Assembly: GCA_963698885.1 (NCBI GenBank)
Contig: CAVOSJ010000003.1
Location: 463,107 to 527,106 of the forward strand
Source of the DNA: Nitrospirota bacterium
GTDB taxonomy: Bacteria > Nitrospirota > JACRHJ01
Direction of reading: 5' to 3'
DNA: 64,000 nt
Shown: one piece after another, positions 1-10,200 of the stretch
Numbering within the stretch: the first letter of the stretch is position 1
How the letters are laid out: each line of letters starts with the position of its first letter
Position numbers and translations under genes: made by a program
The notes under the pieces: model-generated
Told to the model about the DNA's origin: nothing
Database searches by the model: none
Seen by the model: the letters and a program-made list of their open reading frames with translations, nothing else

Positions 1-185
1 AATATAAAGATGGCGACGCCCTGGTCTTCGGTCCGGAGACCAGGGGCCTGCCGGAAGAACTGTTAAAAACGCACGCCGAGTCTTCACTGACCATCCCTAT
101 GTTCGGGGAAGTCAGGAGCCTGAACCTCTCCACGTGCGTGGGGATAGTGGTCTATGAGGCGCTCAGGCAGATACGAGGTTTCTAA
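1..185 (+). CDS. trmL: tRNA 2'-O-methyltransferase TrmL / SpoU family, C-terminal fragment (5' end outside the window)
   Basis: The frame starting at nt 3 reads YKDGDALVFGPETRGLPEELL...IPMFGEVRSLNLSTCVGIVVYEALRQIRGF*, with the stop at 183-185. This is the typical SpoU/TrmL C-terminal knot region. Confidence 0.7.
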   Translation, partial: YKDGDALVFGPETRGLPEELLKTHAESSLTIPMFGEVRSLNLSTCVGIVVYEALRQIRGF

Positions 186-260
186 AATATCGGCATATGC
201 GATGGGAAGCATTCTCTCCGAAAAAATATTATTCACAATAATACTGTTTCGGCTACAGTT

Positions 261-806
261 TTATTTTACGTTCAAGATATTTTTTCTACGAGAATGCTTT
301 CCATCGCCTGAAATAACCCCTTCCAGTTGAAGAAGCCTCTTCTTCAGCTCTATCCCGCCTCCGAACCCGCCGAGGCCGCCCGAGGACTCGATTATCCGAT
401 GACAGGGGATGATTACCGGGATTTTATTGCCGTTCAGCGCATTCCCGACCGCCCTCGCGGCGTTCGGGTTCCCGGCCATCGCTGCGAGCCACTTATACGA
501 GCGGACGTTGCCGTAGGGAATTTTCAGGAGTTCCCGCCAGACAGTCTTTTGAAAGTCCGTACCGCGCAGGTCCAGCTTCTGTGTGAATGAGACCGGCTCA
601 CCCGCAAAATATGATTTCAATTCACGCCACAGCGCCTGGAATGGCCGTCCGTCCTCGACAGGCTTCATGCCGAACTCCGCCTCAACCTCCTCCATGAACT
701 CTCCGAAGGACGGCGGATTTAAGTCCAGTTTACAAAGACCATCCTCGGTGGCCGCCGCGAAAGCGGGGCCGGTGGGAAGGTCTATCGAGGCGTAATACAG
801 GTTCAT
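261..806 (-). CDS. ogt: methylated-DNA--protein-cysteine methyltransferase (Ogt/MGMT)
   Basis: This is the C-terminal half of ORF 261..1442. An internal ATG at 804-806 gives MNLYYASIDL.... The PCHRII active-site motif follows NPNAARAVGNALNGNKIPVII. Its ATG overlaps the TGA of the upstream MBL gene (ATGA). Confidence 0.9.
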   Translation of the reverse strand: MNLYYASIDLPTGPAFAAATEDGLCKLDLNPPSFGEFMEEVEAEFGMKPVEDGRPFQALWRELKSYFAGEPVSFTQKLDLRGTDFQKTVWRELLKIPYGNVRSYKWLAAMAGNPNAARAVGNALNGNKIPVIIPCHRIIESSGGLGGFGGGIELKKRLLQLEGVISGDGKHSRRKNILNVK

Positions 807-1436
807 GCGGCCTTTTTGAAGACGTGCGTCTTCCCCTTGTACAGTTTTTTGAACTTCTCCGCATCGTCCTCGGTGCCTACAATCGACGCATAATGCATCG
901 GCACCGCGACCTCCGGGTTTATGTCCTCCGCGGCCTTCGCGGCCTCCTCCGCCGTCATTACATATGTCCCGGATACCGGCAGGAGCGCGATGTCGCACCG
1001 GAAGCCTTTCATCTCCGGGATGCGGTCGGTATCGCCCGCCAGATATATCCTTTTGCCTTCCACGTGTGAATATATACCCGACCCAGCTCTGGAACTTGGG
1101 ATGGAACTGTTTGTTGGTGTTGTACGCCGCGACGGCCTCTATATCCACGCCCATCTCCGTCAACCTGTCGCCCGGTTTGACCGTCCGGACGTTTCCCGTC
1201 AGTTTCCCTTCGCAGTCCCCCGGCGCGACGATTACCGTGCCGTCCTTTGTTATCTTCTTTACGTCGTCCGGCGAGCAGTGGTCGTAATGCTCATGCGTGA
1301 TGAGGATAAGGTCCGCCTTCGGCAGTCCCTCCTTGAGCTGGAACGGGTCCGTATATATAACCTTGCCGCCCGACTCTATCTTGAACGTGTCGTGGCCCAG
1401 CCATTTCATCTGGTCAAGCATCATCGTAACCTCCAT
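803..1436 (-). pseudogene. MBL-fold metallo-hydrolase, reading frame broken by a 1-nt indel near 1067
   Basis: The N-terminal two thirds (MEVTMMLDQMKWLGHDTF...LILITHEHYDHC...WVGYIF) lie in the frame of ORF 261..1442. The C-terminal third (HVEGKRIYLAGDTDRIPEM...PMHYASIVG...) lies in the frame of ORF 803..1063. The two frames join cleanly at ttc-a-cac-gtg. A GGGAGAGG Shine-Dalgarno precedes the ATG at 1436. Confidence 0.8.
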
Positions 1437-1523
1437 TCCCACCTCTCCCTGCGCTCTCCCACTATGGGGAGAGGGTGATTATCCTTTTTATATCGTATCA
1501 CCGCGTAATGTCAGTGTCAAAAA

Positions 1524-2490
1524 TCATCTGCTTAGGTAAACGCTGAACTCATCCATCCCGGAATTATCCTGCGACTGCTGGAAAGACATTATCCGCAACT
1601 TCACCCGCTCCTTCTTAAAAGCCCCGGATGGCAAATCCTCAGGCAGCGGCACTTTCGTCTCGAACTGGCTCGGAGCTTTATATAGCTTATCAGAGGTCTT
1701 CACGTCCTCGTAATAAAGCTTCCCCTTATAGTATGCCTGCATAGTTACCTTGTACCCTTGGGCCTCCCACGGGATTCCAGACTGGCCGGCCGGGACGATG
1801 ATGCAGCCGCAAAGCATCCTCATGGAAAAAGGCACGGTAATCCCGTCTTTTGCCTCATTAATTTTTATTTCCTTATCCTTCAGAGACGGCGAATCGACTA
1901 TTATTCCACGGAGCTCCAGCACTATCCCGTCGCCCGTCATATCCTCGCCCGGAAATACCCAAGCGCTTGTCGCCGCGGTCGCTGTCGCCTGCGTGGCGGT
2001 CAGCGGGCCATGCGCCTCGACTATTATCCGGGTGGGCCTGGTAATGTTCAGCGTGGTCTCGAACATGGCGGAGTCCGCCTCGCTCTCATAGATAACGGGT
2101 TTCAGCTCTTCCGGTTTGGCACGTATTCCGGAGGTCGAAATACGGGGCCTTATCCGAGCCGTTCAGGTCCTCGAAAAGCATCCCCTTCTCGCCTTTTACA
2201 AGACCCATCGCCCCCAGCATCCTGGGATATCCCGCCCGCATCAGCGCGATATCGTCGCCTGTCCCGCCCTGGACGGGGCCTTTATCCAGCTCGCGCCCGG
2301 TATCAGCGTCACGGATTACCACAACCGCCCCGGTCTTGTCGCTCATCACTTTAGCGCCATGCGAAAGGACGCGCACAACGACCCTGGTCGGGACAGGTTT
2401 ATCATATTTCTCCCACTCCCCGGCAAGGGCCGGAGAACAACTTAAAACAATAAAAGGCAGTATAGCGGCCAGTATTTTTTTTATGCTCAT
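1524..2490 (-). pseudogene. periplasmic lipoprotein of unknown function, probably one ~315-aa protein split near 2121
   Basis: ORF 2086..2490 starts with a lipoprotein-type signal peptide (MSIKKILAAILPFIVLSCS). The frame of ORF 1524..2066 stays open upstream to about 2135 (..AKPEELKPVIYESEADSAMFETTLNI..). The two pieces therefore join if one base near 2121 is removed. I recognise no family. Confidence 0.55.
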
Positions 2491-2732
2491 CTCTGCAACC
2501 CCGGTTTCGTTTTATGGCACTCGAAACACATTTCCTTCGGCGGGTGGTCCTGCTTTAAGGGACTGACCTTGCCCGGCGCGTGACAGTCCAGGCATGCGCG
2601 CTGGTCGGTGATTTTTACATGCGCCGCGTCCTGTGGTATCGCGGGAGCCTTTCTGCCGATTGTGCTCAAGTAAACCAGAAAAACTATTATCACGATTATG
2701 ACGGCGGCAAAAAACATGTCTCTTCGCTTCAT
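2487..2732 (-). CDS. small membrane-anchored dihaem c-type cytochrome (81 aa)
   Basis: An internal ATG at 2730-2732 of ORF 2487..2861 gives MKRRDMFFAAVIIVIIVFLVYLS, a single N-terminal TM helix. Two CxxCH motifs follow (CLDCH, CFECH). The start lies 14 nt after the permease stop, and the gene overlaps the next gene by 4 nt. Confidence 0.75.
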   Translation of the reverse strand: MKRRDMFFAAVIIVIIVFLVYLSTIGRKAPAIPQDAAHVKITDQRACLDCHAPGKVSPLKQDHPPKEMCFECHKTKPGLQR

Positions 2733-2745
2733 AAGACTCCCTTCA

Positions 2746-3528
2746 TTACTTGATAAGCCTTCTCCGTATGAATTTAATCGCGGTCCAGGAGCAGATGAAC
2801 GTGAAGACGACCATCCAGAGGATGTCCCAGACCAGGCCCACGTACAGGTGTCCCGTGGCAAGCGCGCGCGACACGTTCACCGCGTGTATCAGCGGGGTAA
2901 ACCACGCGATTTTCAGGACCCACGGCGGCATGGACGAGAGCGGGAAGAATATGCCGGAGAAGAAGAACATCGGCGATATGACGAGGCTGAAATAATACGC
3001 GTAATAATCGTAAGACGGTACGAACGCGGTAACGATAAGCGCCATCGACGCGAACATCAGGCTCATGAGTACGTACAGCACGGGCGAGAGGATAAGCCAG
3101 GGAGAGCTCATCAGGCCGAAAGCCATGAGCACGGGAAGCATAACGGCCGCGGAGATAAAACCCTTCGTCGCGCCCCATAGTATATCGCCCGCCGCGACCT
3201 CGTCTATGTTTACCGGAGTAACTATGATCGCGTCATAGGATTTTTGCGTGCTCATCCTCGTGAAGGAGCCGAAGGTGCACTCGAAAGACGCCGCGTTCAT
3301 CGCGGCCGCGATTACAAGGCCCGGAGCTATGAACTGTATATACGGGACGCCCTCGACGTTCCTGATGAATTTGCCAAGCCCCAGGCCAAAAGCGACCAGG
3401 AATAAAATCGGTTCCGCGAGGTTGCCGACCATGCTGGCCTTGTAGAACTTAAGCCACGCGTCCTTATTCCTTTGCCAGACCTTGAACGCGCGGCGTCCGA
3501 CCTGCGGGCACGAGAAAAAATCATTCAC
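2746..3528 (-). CDS. ABC-2 type exporter permease (NodJ-like)
   Basis: The 260-aa polytopic membrane protein has an ABC-2 architecture. It overlaps the upstream ATPase gene by 4 nt. Confidence 0.85.
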   Translation of the reverse strand: MNDFFSCPQVGRRAFKVWQRNKDAWLKFYKASMVGNLAEPILFLVAFGLGLGKFIRNVEGVPYIQFIAPGLVIAAAMNAASFECTFGSFTRMSTQKSYDAIIVTPVNIDEVAAGDILWGATKGFISAAVMLPVLMAFGLMSSPWLILSPVLYVLMSLMFASMALIVTAFVPSYDYYAYYFSLVISPMFFFSGIFFPLSSMPPWVLKIAWFTPLIHAVNVSRALATGHLYVGLVWDILWMVVFTFICSWTAIKFIRRRLIK

Positions 3529-4445
3529 TCCCGTAGCTCCCTCCCGGTAAGCTTCAGAAAAACATCCTCAAGCGTAGCCTGCCTGTGCACGAACCCGCCT
3601 TGTATAAACCGCGTGAGCTTCGCAAGGACCTCGTCGCTTTTCGCGCTTTTGATAAAAAGGGTGTCTCCCGATATTTCATATTCGTAATCCGCGCCCGACA
3701 GGTCCTGAATGACTTCTTCCACGCCCCCTGCCGGGATCGGCAGCTCGACCACGCTCCCCTTCGCGTATGTATCGATCAGCTCCTGGGGCGTTCCGAGTGC
3801 GAGTATTTTCCCCTGGTCCATCACCACGATTCTGTCGCACAGATGCGCCGCCTCTTCCATATAGTGAGTCGTCAGGACCATCGTCCGCCCCTCGCGCTTC
3901 AACGCCCGGAGCTTCTGCCAGATCAAATGCCTCGCCTGGGGGTCGAGCCCAGTTGTAGGCTCATCAAGCATTATAAGGTCCGATTCGTTTATCAGCGCAC
4001 GCGCGACCATCAGCCGTCTTTTCATCCCGCCGGAGAGCTTGGTTATTTTTTCGTCCTTTTTATCCGAAAGCGACATCATCTCCAAAAGGGACTCCGCGCG
4101 CCTCTGGGCCTCCGCCTTCGGGATGTCGAAGTACCTCGCATAGACCCGGAGGTTCTCTATGACCGAGAGGTCCGGGTCCAGGTTGTTCTCCTGCGGGACC
4201 ACGCCAAGGCGGGCCTTTATCTTCCTCTCGTTCCCCCGGACGTCCATCCCGAAAATCCTGAGCGTGCCGCCGGTGATGGTCACGTAGCCCTGGACCATGT
4301 TCATGGTCGTGGTCTTGCCCGCGCCGTTGGGGCCCAGGAACCCGAAGCACTCCGCCCGTTCCACGGTGAAATCTATGTGCTTTACGGCGGGGTATCCCGA
4401 ATATTCCTTGTACAGTCCCCGCGCTTCTATTATATTTTCAGGCAT
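3525..4445 (-). CDS. ABC transporter ATP-binding protein (NodI/DrrA-like)
   Basis: The protein has Walker A GPNGAGKTT, the signature LSGGMKRRL and Walker B LIMLDEPTTGLD. It is 306 aa. Confidence 0.92.
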   Translation of the reverse strand: MPENIIEARGLYKEYSGYPAVKHIDFTVERAECFGFLGPNGAGKTTTMNMVQGYVTITGGTLRIFGMDVRGNERKIKARLGVVPQENNLDPDLSVIENLRVYARYFDIPKAEAQRRAESLLEMMSLSDKKDEKITKLSGGMKRRLMVARALINESDLIMLDEPTTGLDPQARHLIWQKLRALKREGRTMVLTTHYMEEAAHLCDRIVVMDQGKILALGTPQELIDTYAKGSVVELPIPAGGVEEVIQDLSGADYEYEISGDTLFIKSAKSDEVLAKLTRFIQGGFVHRQATLEDVFLKLTGRELRE

Positions 4446-4454
4446 ATAATTTGT

Positions 4455-5714
4455 TCAGAATCCCCTCAGCCTCACAGCCTTCGAGACCTTCTCAATAGCG
4501 ATGGCATAGGCCGCCGTCCGCAGAGTGACTTTATTCTGTTCGGATACTACTTTTACAAGCTCGTATGCGTCCAGCATCATCTTTGAGAGCTTCCTGTTCA
4601 CCCGTTCTTCTTCCCAGAATGCGGACTGGAGGTCCTGCGCCCACTCGAAATAGGATACCAGCACCCCGCCCGCGTTGGCAAGGATGTCCGGGACCACATA
4701 TACGCCCTTCTCCTGAAGGATATTATCGGCCTCCGGAGAGGTCGGTATGTTCGCGGCCTCGACCAACATGGCGCATTTAAGCCTGCCCGCGTTATGCTCC
4801 ATTATCACGCACTCCATCGCCGCCGGTATCAGCGCCTCGCAGGGCAGTTCGAGAAGCTCTTCATTCGTGATATAGTCCGCGCCTTTATAGTCTTTTAGAG
4901 AGCCGGTCTCCTCCTTGTGCATCGTGACGCGGGAGATGTTAAGGCCCCCTTCGTTGTACAGGCCTCCCCTGCTGTCCGATATCGCGATAACCTTGCATCC
5001 CTCGTCCGCCAGCAATTTCGCGGACACCCCGCCGACATTGCCCATACCCTGCACGACAACTCTCGCGCCTTGCATTTCGATTTTTTTGTCTTTGAACGCC
5101 CGCTTCGTCAGGTAAGTCACGCCCCTGCCCGTGGCCTCCATGCGTCCCGCCGAGCCGCCAAGTTCCACCGGCTTGCCCGTTACCGCCGCCGGAGAATAAC
5201 CGTGCCTTTTTGAATATTCGTCCATTATCCAGGCCATTACCTGGGGGTTCGTGTTCACGTCGGGCGCGGGGATATCTACGTTCGGGCCGATGCTGTCGCT
5301 TATCCTGGTGACGAAGAACCGCGTAAGCCTCTCAAGCTCTCCCGGGGACATCGCCTTCGGGTTGCATGTCACGCCTCCCTTCGCGCCGCCGAACGGGATA
5401 CCTATAAGCGCGGTCTTCCACGTCATCGCCGCCGCCAGCGCCCTTATCTCCCCAAGGTTCACCTGCGGGTGATATCTTATGCCGCCCTTCATCGGGCCGC
5501 GCGTCTGGTTGTGCTGGACCCGGTATCCCACGAATATCTCCACACGCCCGTCGTCCATCTTCAGCGGTATCTGGACCTTTATCTCGCGGAACGGGACCTT
5601 CAGAAAGGTCCGCATCTCGTTGTCCAGGTTTATCTTCTGGGCCGCGACATCGACGTTGTAGTTAAGGATTCGCTCGGTCTCGGAACGCTCCCACGCCTCT
5701 TCGACAATCCCCAT
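4455..5714 (-). CDS. gdhA: Glu/Leu/Phe/Val-family glutamate dehydrogenase
   Basis: The protein is 419 aa. It has the KGGIRYHP catalytic-Lys motif and the GMGNVGG Rossmann motif. Confidence 0.92.
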   Translation of the reverse strand: MGIVEEAWERSETERILNYNVDVAAQKINLDNEMRTFLKVPFREIKVQIPLKMDDGRVEIFVGYRVQHNQTRGPMKGGIRYHPQVNLGEIRALAAAMTWKTALIGIPFGGAKGGVTCNPKAMSPGELERLTRFFVTRISDSIGPNVDIPAPDVNTNPQVMAWIMDEYSKRHGYSPAAVTGKPVELGGSAGRMEATGRGVTYLTKRAFKDKKIEMQGARVVVQGMGNVGGVSAKLLADEGCKVIAISDSRGGLYNEGGLNISRVTMHKEETGSLKDYKGADYITNEELLELPCEALIPAAMECVIMEHNAGRLKCAMLVEAANIPTSPEADNILQEKGVYVVPDILANAGGVLVSYFEWAQDLQSAFWEEERVNRKLSKMMLDAYELVKVVSEQNKVTLRTAAYAIAIEKVSKAVRLRGF

Positions 5715-5732
5715 GTCTCCTCCGGCTGACTT

Positions 5733-7121
5733 TTAAGGAAAGATTTTTCCGGGGTTCAGTATCCCCTCAGGGTCGAAAACCGATTTTATTTTCTTCAGCA
5801 GGTTAAGCTCGACATCGTTCAGCTCCATCCCGATATACGGAAGCTTGGTAAGCCCGATTCCGTGCTCCCCGGAAATCGTCCCGCCAAGAGCGAGCACCAG
5901 CCTGAACACTTCCTCTATCGCCTCTTCCGCCCTCCGTAGCCTCTCCGGGTCCGACTTATCCGTCATCACATTTACATGAATGTTCCCGTCCCCCGCGTGG
6001 CCGAAACATATTATCTTCTGGCCGGAGCGGGATGCTATCTCTTTGAACCCTTCCAGGGCTTCCGGGACTTTGGTTATGGGCACCACTGTGTCTTCATTTA
6101 TCTTATGCGGGGCAATCGAAAAGAGCGCCTGGGACGTGCTCCGGCGCAGTTTCCATAATTCCGCCGCAACGGCTTTATCCTGCGTAATTTTTATTTCCAG
6201 CGCCTTATCCTTCATAAGCCCACGGATGCCGTCCATCTGCCGGGCCGCCTCCTCGCGGTTTCCGTCCGTCTCTATCAGAAGGAACGCGCCCGCGCCTTCC
6301 GGCAATTGGTAGCCGATTTTCTTCGCCCCGGCGTTAAGCGCCTCGCTGTCCAAAAACTCCAGGCAACGGGGCGTATAGGGAGACGCCATGATGGCCGCGA
6401 CGGCCTCGCCCGCAAGCCTGGTTCCGGCAAAGAACGCTGTCATGGTAATCACTCTCTCAGGCAATGGGATTAACTTAAGAGTTATCTCCGTCACTACCGC
6501 GAGCGTCCCTTCCGAGCCCACCAGCAGGCGCGCGAGGTCATAACCCACGACGCCCTTGGCTGTCTTCACCCCCGCGCGTATGACTTCGCCGGACGGCAGG
6601 ACGGCCCGAAGCCCGGTAACATAATCGCGCGTGACACCGTATTTCACCGCACGCATCCCGCCCGCGTTCTCGGCCACGTTCCCGCCGATTGTGCAGAACG
6701 CGAGGCTGCCTGGATCAGGCGGGTAAAAAAGCCCTTTCTCCTCGACAGCCCTCTGGAGGTCCGCCGTCACCACGCCGGGCTGAACGGTCGCAATGCGGTT
6801 CCCCACGTCGATTGAAATTATGCGGCTCATCCTCTCGAACGATAGGATTATCCCGCCCCTGCTTGCCACCGCGCCGCCGGACAGGCCGCTCCCCGCCCCG
6901 CGAGGGATTACGGGAATACCATGCCCGCTCGCGAGGATCAGGATTTTGGAAACCTCTTCCTCGGTCCCTGGCCTGACGACCGCCTGCGGCGTCCCCTTCA
7001 GGCGTGTCGCGTCATAGGCGTAAGCCAAAAGCCCCGCCTCGTCCGAGACGACGTTCTCCGGGCCGGCGATAGCCTTCAATCTATCTATTATATCCTTTGA
7101 TATTATTTCAGCACCTGCCAT
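5733..7121 (-). CDS. glcD: FAD-linked oxidase, GlcD family (glycolate/D-lactate dehydrogenase-like)
   Basis: The protein is 462 aa. It has an FAD_binding_4-type N-terminus (PRGAGSGLSGGA) and a C-terminal GEHGIGLTK motif. Confidence 0.85.
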   Translation of the reverse strand: MAGAEIISKDIIDRLKAIAGPENVVSDEAGLLAYAYDATRLKGTPQAVVRPGTEEEVSKILILASGHGIPVIPRGAGSGLSGGAVASRGGIILSFERMSRIISIDVGNRIATVQPGVVTADLQRAVEEKGLFYPPDPGSLAFCTIGGNVAENAGGMRAVKYGVTRDYVTGLRAVLPSGEVIRAGVKTAKGVVGYDLARLLVGSEGTLAVVTEITLKLIPLPERVITMTAFFAGTRLAGEAVAAIMASPYTPRCLEFLDSEALNAGAKKIGYQLPEGAGAFLLIETDGNREEAARQMDGIRGLMKDKALEIKITQDKAVAAELWKLRRSTSQALFSIAPHKINEDTVVPITKVPEALEGFKEIASRSGQKIICFGHAGDGNIHVNVMTDKSDPERLRRAEEAIEEVFRLVLALGGTISGEHGIGLTKLPYIGMELNDVELNLLKKIKSVFDPEGILNPGKIFP

Positions 7122-7151
7122 TTAATAAAGATAACACAGAGGCCCTTGTTT

Positions 7152-7183
7152 TTAAATAAAAAATCCGCCGATGAACGGCGGAT
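7152..7183 (-). terminator. intrinsic terminator after smc
   Basis: On the minus strand the sequence reads TCCGCCG-ttcat-CGGCGGA followed by TTTTTTATTT. Confidence 0.6.
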
Positions 7184-7216
7184 AAAATAATTTAGAATTT
7201 TTAGTTCAATAATATA

Positions 7217-10200
7217 TTACACCCCTGCCAGTTCCGCCGCTTCCGTGAGGCGGACGGATACGAGGCGCGAGACGCCCGGCTCGTCCATCGTGACGCCGTA
7301 GAGCGCGTCCGCAAGCTCCATCGTGGGGCGGCTGTGGGTGATGACGATGAACTGGGTCTTGTCCGCGAACTCTTTCAGCAGGTTCCCGAAACGCGTTACG
7401 TTGCCTTCGTCGAGCGGCGCGTCCACCTCGTCCAGGACGCAGAACGGCGAGGGCTTCACGAGGAAACATGCGAACGTCAGCGCGGCGGCTATAAGCGCCT
7501 TCTCACCGCCGGAGAAAAGGAGCAGGCTCTGGAGCTTCTTTCCGGGCGGCTGGGCGACAATCTCAAGGCCCGAATCCAGCACGTCGTTTCCCTCCTCCGG
7601 CGGCACGAGTACGAGCTCAGCGCGTCCTCCGCCGAATAGTGAGAGGAATACCGTTTTAAAAGTCTCGTTGATGGCGTTGAACGCCTCCGTGAAAAGCTCT
7701 TCGGAAGTTTTATTTATCTTGCCGATGGCCTCCCGAAGCCGCGCGACCGACGACTCCAGGTCCTGCTTCTGGGAACTCAGGAACTCGAAGCGCTCCATCA
7801 GCTCGTTATATTCCTCTATCGCGCCGACATTCACCGGCCCGAGTTTTTCAAGCTTTATCTTAAGCTCCGCCGCATCCATCTCCGCCTGCTCGCGCTCTAT
7901 CTCCAGCGCCTTGAACTCTTCCTCTATCTCCGGTATCCGGATGTGGTAGTTATGCTCCACGGTCTCAAGCAGGTGCTCGGCTTTCAGCTTCAGTTCCGCG
8001 CGCTTAAGCTCAATCTCGCCAAGCGCGTCCCGCGCCGCTTCGGCTTCCCGGCGGGTCGATTTCAACGACTCTTCCAAGCCTTCTATGGCGTCGTTTGCGG
8101 TCTGGTATGCATCCTGGAGCGCGGGCGCCTGCTCCTTCATCGCCATCGCCTCGGTCAAAAACGAGTTGATACTGCCTTCCGCTTCCGCGCGGCCTTTGGA
8201 CAACTCATCCTTCTTCTCCGATATCTCGCTTCCTTCTTCCTCAAGGCGTGTCCGTCTTCGTTCCAGCTCTTCTTTTTTAAGGTCCGCCCGTTTCAAATCA
8301 CGCGCCCACGACTCGTGCTTCTGGATAAGCGCCGAGAGGTCCATCTTCTTCGCCGTCAGCGCCTCCCGGTCTCTTTCAAGTTGTGATTTTGCGGCCTTGA
8401 GATTTTCCTGCACGGCAAAAAGCGCGGATTCCGCATTATTTTTCTTCTCGCCCAGTTCTTCGAGCGCCGCGCGCGTCTTTACCAGGGACTCTCTTATTTC
8501 ATCTTCTTCCTGGGTACGCTGGGACGCTTCGATGTCCAGCACTTCCAGCTTCTTCGTTATCCGCTCAAGTTCAGCGGCCAGAGACGCCGCGTCCTTCTCC
8601 AGCCCTACCAAGGTAACGCGCTTTTCATTTATAATCTCATGAAGCCCCTTCAGCTTCCCTTCCAGTTCTTCCATCAGGGCCTTGGACTCGGAAAGCCTGT
8701 CCTGCGCCGCCTGGTTGCTCCGGGAAAGACTCTCCACTTCCTCGGTCAGTTCGCGTATCTCGCGCTTCTTGGAAAGTATCCCGCCCGAGCCGCCCGCCCC
8801 GCCGGTAACCGCGCCGGAAGGTTCCACAACTTCTCCGTCCAGCGTAACCAGCGTCCAGTCCGCACCCCGCTCCCAGATTGAGAACGCGGCGTCCAGGTCC
8901 CGGACGACCAGCACTTGCCCCAGGAGGCTCTTTAGAATATCTTCGTATCCGTCCTTCACTTTCGAGAGCGAAAGCGCCGGGCCGATTATTCCTTCTCCCA
9001 CAGGAGCTTCCGAGCAGGAAAAGACCTTCGGCAACGCGGGTAGAAAGCTCCCCCTGCCCGCGCCGCGCGCTTTGAGGAATTCAATCGCTGATTTCGCGTC
9101 GTCGTGGCCGCCGACGATTATATTCTGGAGCCTCTCGCCCAGCACCGCCTCGATCGCGCGTTCATGCTCCGGGCTTGCGGAAAGAATATCCGCGACCAGC
9201 CCCCTGATACCGGGAAGCGCGCCGCGCTTGTTCTCGGATACAAGGGCTTTCACGCCCGCGGCAAACCCCTCAAGACCCTCTTCCAGCTCTTTAAGGGATT
9301 TCAGCCTGTTCGACTTCTGGGAAAGCTGTTCCCTGCCAATGGCCAACTCGTCTGAAAGCCCTTTTAACGAGGCGCGCGTCTCGTCCACTTTAGCGGACAG
9401 ACTGCCGCGTTCGGCTTCGAGTTCGTTATTTGAAGACCGGGCCGCCTCCAGTTCCATCCTCTTCTTCTCTGCCGCAAGTTTGGCGGCGGACAGGTTTTCC
9501 TCCGTCTCGCGCCTCTCCTCTAGCGCCCTGGCAGAGCGGGCTTCCAGAGCGGCCCTTCGCTCTTCCAGCCTCGTCAGGACGTTCTGGTTGTTAGAGAGGC
9601 CCGCCTGCATATCGAAAAGCCGGACCCGCCCATGCTCTATCTCCTGCTCAAGCGCGTGCGCCCCGTCGGTCTTTTCCTGGTACTCGGCCTCAAGAGACTG
9701 AAGCTCGGAACGAAGGCCGTCAAGCTCTGATTTAAGCGCCTGTTCCTCTTCCCTGAGAGACGACGCCTGCTGGTGGAGGTCTTCTTCCTCGACTTTAAGC
9801 TGGCCCATCTCGGAAAGCCTGCGCTCCTCGCGCTCGTCCAGGTTCTTCAGCTGGTTCGCCGCCACTTCCGCGCGCGCCTCCAGCCGGCTCACCTCGGACT
9901 CCAGCCGATGGACCTCGCGCTGATGCTCCATCAACGAGCGCTCTTTCTCCACAAGCTGGAGCCTCGCCTCGGAGAGGTCCGCCTCCCTTGCCGAGACCGA
10001 GTTCTTCGCCGCCGATTGCAGGGAAGCAAGCCTCTCGTGCTCTTCCTCCACCTCCTGGCTTTTTGCAAGGAGCGCGTTGTAGTCGTCCCACGACATCTTG
10101 AGTTCCAGGCCGCGAAGCTCCGACGAGAGCTTTTTGTAACGCTCCGCCTTCTTCGCCTGCCTGTCCAGCGAGCCTATCTGACGCTTCACCTCGTGGATAA

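Noticed and set aside
1455-1480. Hairpin CTCTCCC-actatg-GGGAGAG next to the GGGAGAGG SD of the MBL hydrolase gene, considered as a translational riboswitch-like element
   Set aside because: The complementarity is short and C/T-G/A rich, and such matches are easily produced by chance next to a purine-rich SD. There is no further supporting structure.
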